Positions 8,937 to 17,198 of a stretch of DNA of 48,903 bases are shown piece by piece. The notes beneath the pieces were generated by a model. It saw only the letters and a list, made by a program, of their open reading frames with translations, ran no database searches and was not told where the DNA came from. Made by a program: the position numbers and the translations under genes. Position 1 is the stretch's first letter. Each line of letters begins with the position of its first letter. Source of the DNA: Patescibacteria group bacterium (GTDB lineage Bacteria > Patescibacteriota > Microgenomatia > UBA12405); contig JBBTXE010000001.1 in the NCBI GenBank assembly GCA_038062455.1, forward strand, positions 7,468-56,370. The letters are read 5' to 3'.

Positions 8937-8941
8937 CTCAC

Positions 8942-9015
8942 GGGTGCATAGCTCAGTTGGTTAGAGCGCCGATCTTATAAGTCGGAAGTCCTAGGTTCGA
9001 ATCCTAGTGCACCTA
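8942..9015 (+). tRNA. tRNA-Ile(TAT)
   Basis: GGGTGCA/TGCACCT acceptor, CCGAT-CTTATAA-GTCGG anticodon arm, CTAGG-TTCGAAT-CCTAG T arm. Confidence 0.9.
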
Positions 9016-9029
9016 CATTAACAGGTCTT

Positions 9030-9707
9030 TTATTTATACCCCGGACAATCCAACGATTTTTTAAACCCGGCTTTTACTGCCTCCGTCTCGCCGCAAAACC
9101 ATTTATCGCCACCCACTGGGTTAACTACAATCCGGTCGTAGTTATAACAATCGGGTAGACTATAAACCCGGGTACCGCCGGCCTGGCGGTAATTGCCTTT
9201 GATCACACACTTTGAATTTGGCTGACTGCACTTACTTGACCACACCCCTCTTTTGGCCGCTTTGGCCTCCTCGGTTGTTTTTTCCATTTCTTGCAGTACT
9301 AAGTCATCGGCATTTACCTTGGCATCGTAAACCGCCATTCCCTCGGTCAACAATGCCTTGTTAATCAGGAGTTTATCTACATAAACCAGGGCCAAGGTTC
9401 GGTTAAAATTGTCCACTCCCTTATTAACCATTGTCATTTTTTTGTTTAAGACTAGTTCTTCCAGCCGTTTTTTGGCCGCTTCCGACAGACACCCCTCCGG
9501 ATATTCCGGCGCATCAATTCCCCACAGTCTCACCCGCACTCCTGTCGCGGTGTCCAAGGTATCGCCGTCAATTACCCGGGTTACTTCTGCCCCTCTTGTC
9601 AAAGAGGGGTCAGGGGAGATTGTTCTTTTTTGATTAATATACCCATATCCCACCAAACTCGACGTTAGTCCCACTCCCACCGCCACCCTCCCCCAGTGTA
9701 TTTTCAT
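9030..9707 (-). CDS. Thermonuclease (SNase) family protein with Cys-rich C-terminal domain
   Basis: N-terminal TM, VTRVIDGDTL, VRLWGIDAPE, C-terminal CVIKGN...WFCGETEAVKAGF. Confidence 0.9.
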   Translation of the reverse strand: MKIHWGRVAVGVGLTSSLVGYGYINQKRTISPDPSLTRGAEVTRVIDGDTLDTATGVRVRLWGIDAPEYPEGCLSEAAKKRLEELVLNKKMTMVNKGVDNFNRTLALVYVDKLLINKALLTEGMAVYDAKVNADDLVLQEMEKTTEEAKAAKRGVWSSKCSQPNSKCVIKGNYRQAGGTRVYSLPDCYNYDRIVVNPVGGDKWFCGETEAVKAGFKKSLDCPGYK

Positions 9708-9721
9708 AATTTATATTACTG

Positions 9722-10729
9722 TCATCCCTCTATCAACCTATTAATCCCCACTTTTTCTTGCACCCTTTTCAGGGTTTCCTGGACCACTTTCCGGGCCCTT
9801 TTGGTGCCCTCAACCAATATCTCCTTGGCCTCTTTTGGCCGATCCTCGTAATATTTTCTCTTTTCCCGAATTGGTTTGAGGAAAGTATTAAGAGCCACAA
9901 ATAATTTTTCTTTTACCTCTTTATCACCCACTTTCCCCCTTCGGTAGCGGTCCTCCAGATCCTTCACCTCTTCGGCGTTGGGGTTAAAGGCGCGGTGGTA
10001 TTCAAACACCGGGTTTCCCTCTACTTTGCCTGGATCGGTCGCGTGAATTCGGTTGGGATCAGTGTAACAAGCTTGGACTTTTTTCTTCAATGTTTCCTCA
10101 TCGTCGGACAACAAAATCGCATTTCTACCACTTTTACTCATTTTCAATTTGCCGTCAGTGCCAATCAATCGCGGTACCCGACCAATCATTGCTTCGGGAA
10201 TATTAAATGTTTCTCCAAAAGTTTTGTTAAAATCTCTGGCAATTTCTCGGGTTTGTTCAATGACGGGGGATTGATCTTCACCCACCGGTACCAAATTAGC
10301 GTTAAAGCCCAAAATATCAGCCGCCTGAAGAATGGGGTAACAGATAAAGCCCAATGATGGGTCTAAATTTTTGTATTTAATTTCCTCTTTGACCGAAGGA
10401 TTGCGGATAGCCCGTGCATGAGCAACCATAGTTAAAAAATAACTGTAGAGTTCAAGAGTTTCCGGAATACCGGATTCAAGATAGATAGTAGATACCTCAG
10501 GGTCAATACCGACGGCCAAGTTATCCAGATATACTTCGTAAACGTCGCGGTTAATCTTTTCAGCCTGGGTGTAATCGTTGGCGTAGGCATGAACATTAGC
10601 CAGCAGAATATAGGTGTCATATTCGTGTTGAAGTTTGACCCTGTTTTCCAGAGTTCCCACATAATGACCGATGTGCAATTTTCCACTCGGCGTGTCCCCG
10701 GTGAGGATACGTTTTTTGGTTTGATTCAT
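9722..10729 (-). CDS. trpS: Tryptophan--tRNA ligase
   Basis: TGDTPSGKLHIGH, YPILQAADIL, VPVGEDQ, KMSKS. Confidence 0.97.
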   Translation of the reverse strand: MNQTKKRILTGDTPSGKLHIGHYVGTLENRVKLQHEYDTYILLANVHAYANDYTQAEKINRDVYEVYLDNLAVGIDPEVSTIYLESGIPETLELYSYFLTMVAHARAIRNPSVKEEIKYKNLDPSLGFICYPILQAADILGFNANLVPVGEDQSPVIEQTREIARDFNKTFGETFNIPEAMIGRVPRLIGTDGKLKMSKSGRNAILLSDDEETLKKKVQACYTDPNRIHATDPGKVEGNPVFEYHRAFNPNAEEVKDLEDRYRRGKVGDKEVKEKLFVALNTFLKPIREKRKYYEDRPKEAKEILVEGTKRARKVVQETLKRVQEKVGINRLIEG

Positions 10730-10776
10730 AGTTATGATGAAATATTAACATTTAAATTCCTCCTGGCCTCATCCAG

Positions 10777-10853
10777 ATTTCCCCCTTTCTTCAAAGGTCC
10801 ATAGATCCTCGCAGGGGAGAGAAGCCCCGATGAACATCGGGGAGAGGGATTTT
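10777..10853 (+). repeat. Palindromic repeat family copy in the trpS 5' region
   Basis: atttccccctttcttcaaagg-tccatagatcctcgcagg-ggagagaagccccgatgaacatcggggagagggatttt. Confidence 0.85.
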
Positions 10854-10860
10854 AACCCCC

Positions 10861-10892
10861 AAAAAACCCCGCTTTCACGGGGTCGGTTTTTT
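10861..10892 (-). terminator. Attenuator terminator upstream of trpS
   Basis: Minus strand ACCCCGT-GAAA-GCGGGGT followed by TTTTT. Confidence 0.8.
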
Positions 10893-10906
10893 AAATAAAA
10901 AAATCT

Positions 10907-10978
10907 TTATGCCACTAAAACCTCTCCCGCCTCGGACCAGAACTGCCACCAGATTTGAGAGACTGTTTTAGATAACAT
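10907..10978 (-). CDS. Trp-rich leader peptide of trpS (23 aa)
   Basis: ATG TTA TCT AAA ACA GTC TCT CAA ATC TGG TGG CAG TTC TGG ... GCA TAA = MLSKTVSQIWWQFWSEAGEVLVA; TAGAAT 6 nt upstream of ATG. Confidence 0.8.
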   Translation of the reverse strand: MLSKTVSQIWWQFWSEAGEVLVA

Positions 10979-11014
10979 CAGCAAATTCTACCACACAACG
11001 TGATAAAATCAACC

Positions 11015-11218
11015 ATGAAGTTGTTTGATCGTCAAAAATACGATCCGCTTACAGCCTCGGTCTCCGGTGCCGATCCGGTAGCCAGTGCTACCGAAATAAA
11101 GGCAGTTATAACTGACGGGACAGCTTTGGAAAATCAATTACCACCGCTTCCCCCACCTCGGCAAAAAACTTTTCTAAAAGGGGCTGTAACTCTAACTTTC
11201 CCAGCTCCTACTAAATAA
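11015..11218 (+). CDS. Small hypothetical protein (67 aa)
   Basis: TGnTAAAAT 5 nt before ATG 11015; ORF fills the gap before rplY. Confidence 0.45.
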   Translation: MKLFDRQKYDPLTASVSGADPVASATEIKAVITDGTALENQLPPLPPPRQKTFLKGAVTLTFPAPTK

Positions 11219-11270
11219 GTAACGAAGGATGTGTTAAAATCAACCCTAGTTTATTTGGATATTTTCCCAT

Positions 11271-11963
11271 ATGACCAAAAAAATCGCCTCCATTCCCGCC
11301 CAGCTTCGGGAAATTACCGGCCGTAAAGTTAAATCTCTTAGACGCCTTGGATTTACCCCCGCCTCTGTTTATGGTCATGAATTTAAACCGCTCACTGTTC
11401 AGTTTGATACTGTCTCCCTTCAATCAGTTTTCGCCCAAGCCGGTGAATCAACTCTCATCGAAGTGATCATCGGTGAGGACAGATACCCCATTCTTTTCAA
11501 AAACCCCCAATACCACCCCGTCACCTCCGCCCTTCTTCACATCGATTGTCACAAAGTTAACCTTAAAGAAAAAATTGTTGCCACCGTTCCCATCGAGTTT
11601 GTTGGTGAATCGCTGGCCGTTAAAAACGGCAATGTTCTGGTCACCATTCTTGATGAAATCGAGGTCGAGGCTCTGCCCACCGACCTTCCCGAAAAATTCG
11701 TGGTAGATATCTCCACCCTCATCGAAGTTGATCAAATGATCACTGTTGCCAATTTGGAAGTTGACCGCTCTAAAGTTGAACTAAAAACCGACCTTACCCA
11801 AGCCATTATCAAGACCGAAGCTCCCAAAGTTGAAGAAGAACCGGTTGTTCCTGAAGCCGAAGTCGCCCCCGGCGACGTTCCGACTACCGAACAAAAAACT
11901 GACGAAGAAAAAGCCGCCGACGAGGAAGCCAAAAAAGCCGAGGATCAAAAAGAAGAAAAATAA
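11271..11963 (+). CDS. rplY: 50S ribosomal protein L25 / Ctc
   Basis: GRKVKSLRRLGFTPASVYG, QYHPVTSALLHID, EVEALPTDLPE, acidic tail. Confidence 0.95.
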   Translation: MTKKIASIPAQLREITGRKVKSLRRLGFTPASVYGHEFKPLTVQFDTVSLQSVFAQAGESTLIEVIIGEDRYPILFKNPQYHPVTSALLHIDCHKVNLKEKIVATVPIEFVGESLAVKNGNVLVTILDEIEVEALPTDLPEKFVVDISTLIEVDQMITVANLEVDRSKVELKTDLTQAIIKTEAPKVEEEPVVPEAEVAPGDVPTTEQKTDEEKAADEEAKKAEDQKEEK

Positions 11964-12355
11964 ATCTTCTCAATATCACTTCTGATTGGATCCAGTTCAT
12001 GGGCTTTTTTTACCGACACCTTAGTTTCATTTGTTTTTTGTAATCGACTCTGAATACTGGCCATTTCCATCCAGTCATCGGCACTTTTATTGTCCTTAAT
12101 CGATAGCTCATTCAAGCGTTTTTTCAAATCCTCCGCCCTATTCCGGTTTTTATACCATTTAGTGTCTGCTGTATCCAGTCTCTTTTCCAATTTTCCCGCC
12201 GCCGTCCATTTTCCCTGACTCGCCAGCCAATACCATCGATTGAGTCTCCCCAGATATCTTTCTCCTGCCGAAATTTTCACCACCAAAAATAAATTAATCA
12301 CCGTTATCCAAATCAATACCGGTACTAACCACTCCTTGGCTTTTAGCTTTCGCAT
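11945..12355 (-). CDS. Membrane-anchored hypothetical protein with TPR-like C-terminus
   Basis: N-terminal TM; ADDWMEMASIQ...KKAHELDP. Confidence 0.65.
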   Translation of the reverse strand: MRKLKAKEWLVPVLIWITVINLFLVVKISAGERYLGRLNRWYWLASQGKWTAAGKLEKRLDTADTKWYKNRNRAEDLKKRLNELSIKDNKSADDWMEMASIQSRLQKTNETKVSVKKAHELDPIRSDIEKIYFSSF

Positions 12356-12394
12356 TGGTTCATTTTAGCAAAATGATAAAATTTGTCTGTCTTT

Positions 12395-13459
12395 ATGAAA
12401 ATCATTAAAAGCAATCAAAAAAAATACCTTACTTTAGCCGCCGCGGTTATCAACAGTGGGGGATTGGTAATTTATCCTTCTGACACTGTTTACATTTTGG
12501 CCGTTGATCCCCGAAACCCGACAGCCGTTGCTAAACTCTTATCCTTCAAAAACCGCTGGCCGGGTAAAGCTATTTCTGTTGCAGTATCTGATATCGATAT
12601 GGCCGAAAAATACGTTAAATTGTCTTCAAAAACCCGTCTTCTGTATCAAAATCTTTTACCCGGCCCCTTCACTCTCGTCTCTCCCGGCCGCCATTTGGTA
12701 GCCCCCGGCATCGAGGCCGAAAACGGTACCCTCGGTATCCGTATTCCCGACAGCCCCTATATCTTAGACCTAGTCAAAAAATTATCTTTTCCGATTACCG
12801 CCACTTCCGCCAATCTTTCCGGCCGGACTCCCCATTATTCAGTTTCTTCTTTTTTAAATACTCTTTCTCAAAAAAAACTCGACCTTATTGACCTAATTAT
12901 TGATGCCGGCACTCTCCCCAAAAATAAACCTTCCACCGTCATTGATGTTACCGAGCCGGAACTAAAAATTCTTCGCCGCGGCGATCTGATAGCCGCTTCT
13001 TCTCAAACATTTTTATCAACTTCCGAAAAAAATACCGGCAAAATTGCTCAGTTTTTACTTAACAAAATTCTTCACACTGCCGCCCCCTCAAATATCGTCT
13101 TGGCCCTCTCCGGCGATCTTGGTTGCGGCAAAACTGTTTTTGCCCGAGCCATCGGCCGTTATCTTGGGGTCAAAGGCCCCATCACTTCGCCCACCTTTGT
13201 TATTTACAACCAATATCCGGTCAAATTCCCACCCCTTAATAACTTTCTCCACTTTGACCTTTACCGCCTATCCTCTTCGTCCGAGTTTACTGAAATTAAC
13301 TTTTTATCTCATTTTAAAAAACTCACCCTAAGTTGCCTCGAGTGGCCGGAAAACATGGGTAAAGTAAATCTTACTTGGCTAAAAAAACACACCTCTTACT
13401 TTTCCATCAATTTTGAATATGTTTCAGAAAATACCCGCCGATTAACTTTTTCTTTTTAG
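12395..13459 (+). CDS. tsaC-tsaE: Threonylcarbamoyl-AMP synthase (TsaC/Sua5) fused to ATPase TsaE
   Basis: N-half YPSDTVY, LLPGPFTLV, PITATSANLSG, PSTVID; C-half GDLGCGKT, SPTF, HFDLYRL, EWP. Confidence 0.9.
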   Translation: MKIIKSNQKKYLTLAAAVINSGGLVIYPSDTVYILAVDPRNPTAVAKLLSFKNRWPGKAISVAVSDIDMAEKYVKLSSKTRLLYQNLLPGPFTLVSPGRHLVAPGIEAENGTLGIRIPDSPYILDLVKKLSFPITATSANLSGRTPHYSVSSFLNTLSQKKLDLIDLIIDAGTLPKNKPSTVIDVTEPELKILRRGDLIAASSQTFLSTSEKNTGKIAQFLLNKILHTAAPSNIVLALSGDLGCGKTVFARAIGRYLGVKGPITSPTFVIYNQYPVKFPPLNNFLHFDLYRLSSSSEFTEINFLSHFKKLTLSCLEWPENMGKVNLTWLKKHTSYFSINFEYVSENTRRLTFSF

Positions 13460-13478
13460 AGTAAAATACGACACCACT

Positions 13479-14501
13479 ATGTTTATTTTAGGAATTGAAA
13501 CCAGTTGTGACGACACTTGTGCCGCAGTTTTAAAAGACGACCGGATTCTTTCTGATATTGTTTCTTCTCAAATCAACCTCCACTCTGTCTATGGCGGGGT
13601 CGTTCCCGACATTGCCAAAAGAGCCCACCAAAAGCGTCTCCCGGCTATCGTCGCCCTAGCTCTCAAACAGTCAAGAAAAACTCTTAAGGATATCGATTTA
13701 ATCGCTGCCACCCGCGGCCCGGGGTTGGGGATTGCCCTAAGTATCGGTTACAATTTTGCCAAAGATCTGGCCCGAGAAAACCATATTCCCCTTGCCGCCA
13801 TCAATCATGTCGAAGGTCACCTTCTCTCGGTCTTTCTCAAAAACAAAAACGGACTACCTCATCTCTCTCCCCATTTTCCTATTCTTGGCTTAACCGTTTC
13901 CGGTGGCCACACCAAAATAGTATTAATAAAAAAAATTGGCGATTATCAGATTATTGGCCAAACCCTTGATGATGCCGCCGGCGAGGCTCTGGATAAAGCC
14001 GCCAAACTTTTGGGCCTCGGCTACCCCGGTGGTCCGGTCATCGAAAGAGTGGCTCAAACGGGCCATTCTGATTTTTTAAAACTACCTCAACCGCTTCAAC
14101 CGAAAAGTATTCTTAATTTTTCTTTTTCAGGGTTAAAAACTTCCTTTTATTACCAAATCAAAGACTGGCCTCTAACAAAGATCGCCGCCCATCTGTCCGA
14201 TCTATCAGCCACTTTTCAGTCCGCCGTTTTCGAACATCTGACCCGTAAATTTTCCCTAGCTATTGATAAATATCATCCTGTCTCTCTTCTGGCCTCCGGC
14301 GGAGTTCTGGCCAATTTGACTCTTCGTCGTCAATTACGCCATCTCGCTAAATCAAAAAATCTCCCCATTTTTTTCCCGCCTCAAAAAAAACTCAACACCG
14401 ACAACGCCGCCATGATCGCCCTGGCTGCTTTTTATCGTTATTGCCAGGACAAATCACTAAACGACCTCGATCTGGACATTAACCCCAGGCTGGAATTATA
14501 A
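13479..14501 (+). CDS. tsaD: tRNA threonylcarbamoyltransferase TsaD
   Basis: ILGIETSCDDT, NHVEGH, VSGGHT, DDAAGEALDK, TDNAAMIA. Confidence 0.97.
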   Translation: MFILGIETSCDDTCAAVLKDDRILSDIVSSQINLHSVYGGVVPDIAKRAHQKRLPAIVALALKQSRKTLKDIDLIAATRGPGLGIALSIGYNFAKDLARENHIPLAAINHVEGHLLSVFLKNKNGLPHLSPHFPILGLTVSGGHTKIVLIKKIGDYQIIGQTLDDAAGEALDKAAKLLGLGYPGGPVIERVAQTGHSDFLKLPQPLQPKSILNFSFSGLKTSFYYQIKDWPLTKIAAHLSDLSATFQSAVFEHLTRKFSLAIDKYHPVSLLASGGVLANLTLRRQLRHLAKSKNLPIFFPPQKKLNTDNAAMIALAAFYRYCQDKSLNDLDLDINPRLEL

Positions 14502-14507
14502 TTAGAC

Positions 14508-14750
14508 GTGCGGATTCAACTTTACGATCGCGGTTCACCGGCCGGTAAAAAAATGTTTGCCGATATTGAAGTCATCTGCCAACGTCTCCAAATCGATTAT
14601 GACCCCGAATATATCCAGGATATGCACCGGGTTTATTCCATGGGGATCCAAGGGAAAACGATTTTGTTAATCAATAACGAAGTTGCCCTTATCGACAAAT
14701 ATCCGCCCCTAAAAGAACTCGAACAAATAATTTCAGATTATCTGGAATAA
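14508..14750 (+). CDS. Small thioredoxin-fold-like protein lacking CxxC
   Basis: 80 aa; layout resembles small thioredoxin/glutaredoxin-like proteins, with GSPAG at the CxxC position. Confidence 0.55.
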   Translation: MRIQLYDRGSPAGKKMFADIEVICQRLQIDYDPEYIQDMHRVYSMGIQGKTILLINNEVALIDKYPPLKELEQIISDYLE

Positions 14751-15506
14751 TCTTCTGGCATTTCCGTCAAGAATTTTTTCAGTTTCTTCAAATTCCATCC
14801 CCCAAATTTCTGCTATTTTTTGATATACATATTTAACATTTTCCGGGTAATTTTTTTGTCCCCTAAAAGGCAGGGGAGTTAGCTCGGGCGAGTCGGTTTC
14901 CGCCAACAGTCGGTTATGGGGAATAATTTTGACCACCTCCGCCAATCCCAGCTCATAGGTCACATTTCCGTCTATCCCGAAATACCAGTCTTTACCTAGA
15001 TTAAGCACTTTCTGAACTCTTTTTTTACCCCCTGTATAACAATGAATTACCCCCCGGGTTTCGCTTCCCCTCAATATATCAAACACTTCCTCCACCGCTT
15101 TTCGGGCGTGGACAATTAAGGGCTTGTGGTATCGTTTGGCGAGGGTAATTTGAGCCCGAAAATTTTCAATTTGCAACTCCTTATTATAAGGTTCAATAAA
15201 CTCTAATCCGCATTCTCCCACCGCTACTATTTTTGGATTTTCTTTCAGTAATTTTTCTAAATTTGAAATTTGAAATTTGAAATTTGAAATTATTTCTTGT
15301 GGGTGTATTCCCACCGCTGCCAGCAATTTTGGGTTTATTTTCGCCAGCTTTATATTTGATTTTGATGTTTCTATATTCGATGCTGACAAAACCACATATT
15401 CCAATCCCTCAATTTTAAAATCTTTTAAGTCTCCCTTGTCAAAGGTCCTTAGATCCTCAGAGGGGAGAGATTTAGAGGGATTAACATGCGCATGAGTATC
15501 GATCAT
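14733..15506 (-). CDS. tatD: TatD family hydrolase
   Basis: MIDTHAH, GIHP, VGECGL, IVHAR, HCYTG, ETDSP. Confidence 0.95.
   Translation of the reverse strand: MIDTHAHVNPSKSLPSEDLRTFDKGDLKDFKIEGLEYVVLSASNIETSKSNIKLAKINPKLLAAVGIHPQEIISNFKFQISNLEKLLKENPKIVAVGECGLEFIEPYNKELQIENFRAQITLAKRYHKPLIVHARKAVEEVFDILRGSETRGVIHCYTGGKKRVQKVLNLGKDWYFGIDGNVTYELGLAEVVKIIPHNRLLAETDSPELTPLPFRGQKNYPENVKYVYQKIAEIWGMEFEETEKILDGNARRLFQII
15259..15291 (+). repeat. Heptamer tandem repeat (AAATTTG)x4.7 inside tatD
   Basis: Seen directly; encodes ISNFKFQISNL. Confidence 0.85.
15427..15482 (+). repeat. 56-bp repeat copy in frame in tatD
   Basis: Identical to 16036-16091; encodes NPSKSLPSEDLRTFDKGD. Confidence 0.95.
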
Positions 15507-15533
15507 TTTAGTAAAATATTGTATAATACATCT

Positions 15534-15734
15534 ATGTCGGGAAATAAACTTGACACAGTTCTAGACAGAGCTTTTATCGAAAGTCATTTTCCCCCTCCTC
15601 TCCCTGGGGTTACCGCAGTTGACGCACAAATCGCTGAGAGCAATGCTAAAGCGGTTCGACCTGATCCGGTCGCCACCAAGGCAAGGTTAGATGTTAAGAT
15701 AAAAGCCGGAAACGAACAATCCCAGTCCTCCTAA
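15534..15734 (+). CDS. Small hypothetical protein between metG and tatD on the opposite strand
   Basis: TATAAT (15522-15527) 6 nt before ATG 15534; 66 aa. Confidence 0.55.
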   Translation: MSGNKLDTVLDRAFIESHFPPPLPGVTAVDAQIAESNAKAVRPDPVATKARLDVKIKAGNEQSQSS

Positions 15735-15755
15735 TCCGAGTCCAAATTTTTCCTT

Positions 15756-17195
15756 TTAGACTATTCTCGGAAACAACGGCTTCTCCAAAGCCTTTATCTT
15801 TCCGTTTAACACTTTCTCAACTTGTTCACATGTTTCCGGCATAACCGGTTTTAAATAATAGGCTGCTTGTTGTAAATTTTGGACACATTCCGTCAACACC
15901 TCAATTTTTTTCGGATCATTCGCCGGCAACTTCCACGGCGCCACTTCATTTAAACGACTGTTGGATTTATCAATAAACTTTTCAAACACCCAACCAATTG
16001 CTTCATCAAGTTTTAACTCGTCAATTAGTTTTCCAAAGTCTCCCTTGTCAAAGGTCCTTAGATCCTCAGAGGGGAGAGATTTAGAGGGATTTGAAGTTTC
16101 AATTTGTAGTCCACTTGCCAATTTTGTCACCCTGCTCACCAGGTTCCCCAAATTATTCGCTAAATCAGCATTATATTTTTCCTTAAAACGAACAATACCC
16201 ACATCCGAATCATTTTCACCTGGAAACGATCGGGCGATTAAATACCGGCTGCCGTCGACTCCAAACTCATCAATCAATTCCTGCGGGCTAATCACATTCC
16301 CCAGCGATTTGGACATCTTTTGTCCGTCAATCATATAGAAACTATGTGTATAAGTTTTTAGAGGTAACGGGAGACCAGCCGACAACAACATCGCTTGCCA
16401 GATAACCGTATGAAACCATAAAATTTCTTTTCCCAGTAAGTGTAAATTTGCCGGCCAAAAATCCGCCTTTCCTTCAATAAACTGCGTCGCACTATAATAA
16501 TTTAACAGGGCATCAAACCAAACGTAGGCAGTTTGGCTTTTATCCCAAGGCAGAGGAATTCCCCAGGAAACATTTTCTCTGGAAAGCGATATATCGTTAA
16601 CTCCGGCTTTTAGTTTTGCCAAAACTTCAGCCCTCTTCCCTTCAGGGAAAATATAATTAGCTTTGTCGTCTTCGACCAACTCAATTATTTTTGGGACATA
16701 TTTTGATAATTTAAAAAACCAATTCTCTTCACTTTTAAACACCGTTTGCTCCGGCGGATGTAAAGGACAGTATTTATCGACCAGTTCACTTTCAGTCACA
16801 AACTTTTCGCAGCCAACACAATAGTATCCCTCATATTTCCCTTTATAGACATCACCACTATCATAAATTTTTTGCAGCACCTCCGCTACTACTTTTTCAT
16901 GCCGGGGATCAGTAGTTCGAATAAAAAAATCAAAAGAAATATTTAGATTAACCCAAGCCTCTTCAAAACGGGGGGCAACTTTGTCACAATATTCTCTGAC
17001 CCCTAGTTCTTCTTTTTCGGCTGATTCGGCTACTTTTTGACCGTGTTCATCAGTTCCGGTCAAAAAAAATATCTCTTCCTCCAACTGCCGATGCCATCTG
17101 GCCACTATGTCGGCCACTACGGTAGTACAAGTGTGTCCGATATGGGGCACATCATTGATATAATAAATCGGGGTGGTAATAAAAAACTTCTTCAC
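15756..17195 (-). CDS. metG: Methionine--tRNA ligase
   Basis: ITTPIYY, PHIGH, TGTDEHG, YVWFDAL, KMSKSLGN. Confidence 0.97.
   Translation of the reverse strand: MKKFFITTPIYYINDVPHIGHTCTTVVADIVARWHRQLEEEIFFLTGTDEHGQKVAESAEKEELGVREYCDKVAPRFEEAWVNLNISFDFFIRTTDPRHEKVVAEVLQKIYDSGDVYKGKYEGYYCVGCEKFVTESELVDKYCPLHPPEQTVFKSEENWFFKLSKYVPKIIELVEDDKANYIFPEGKRAEVLAKLKAGVNDISLSRENVSWGIPLPWDKSQTAYVWFDALLNYYSATQFIEGKADFWPANLHLLGKEILWFHTVIWQAMLLSAGLPLPLKTYTHSFYMIDGQKMSKSLGNVISPQELIDEFGVDGSRYLIARSFPGENDSDVGIVRFKEKYNADLANNLGNLVSRVTKLASGLQIETSNPSKSLPSEDLRTFDKGDFGKLIDELKLDEAIGWVFEKFIDKSNSRLNEVAPWKLPANDPKKIEVLTECVQNLQQAAYYLKPVMPETCEQVEKVLNGKIKALEKPLFPRIV
16036..16091 (+). repeat. 56-bp repeat copy in frame in metG
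   Basis: Identical to 15427-15482. Confidence 0.95.
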
Positions 17196-17198
17196 GCC

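Noticed and set aside
4600-9015. Integrative conjugative element (coupling-protein-like ATPase + tyrosine recombinase + tRNAs)
   Set aside because: No relaxase, VirB4 or mating-pair genes; no duplicated tRNA 3' end seen; the recombinase is Xer-sized.
10730-11000. T-box riboswitch upstream of trpS
   Set aside because: No T-box antiterminator motif (TGGNACC) or stem I signature; the Trp leader peptide explains the region better.
11047-11189. 6S-like or other ncRNA (TTACAGCC...GGCTGTAA closing stem, inner hairpins)
   Set aside because: Lies wholly within a small ORF that has its own promoter and matches no family I recognise; an Rfam or covariation search would be needed.
15427-16091. Diversity-generating retroelement TR/VR pair, or composite transposon
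   Set aside because: Copies are identical with no adenine-specific mismatches, no reverse transcriptase or transposase is present, and each lies inside an intact housekeeping gene.
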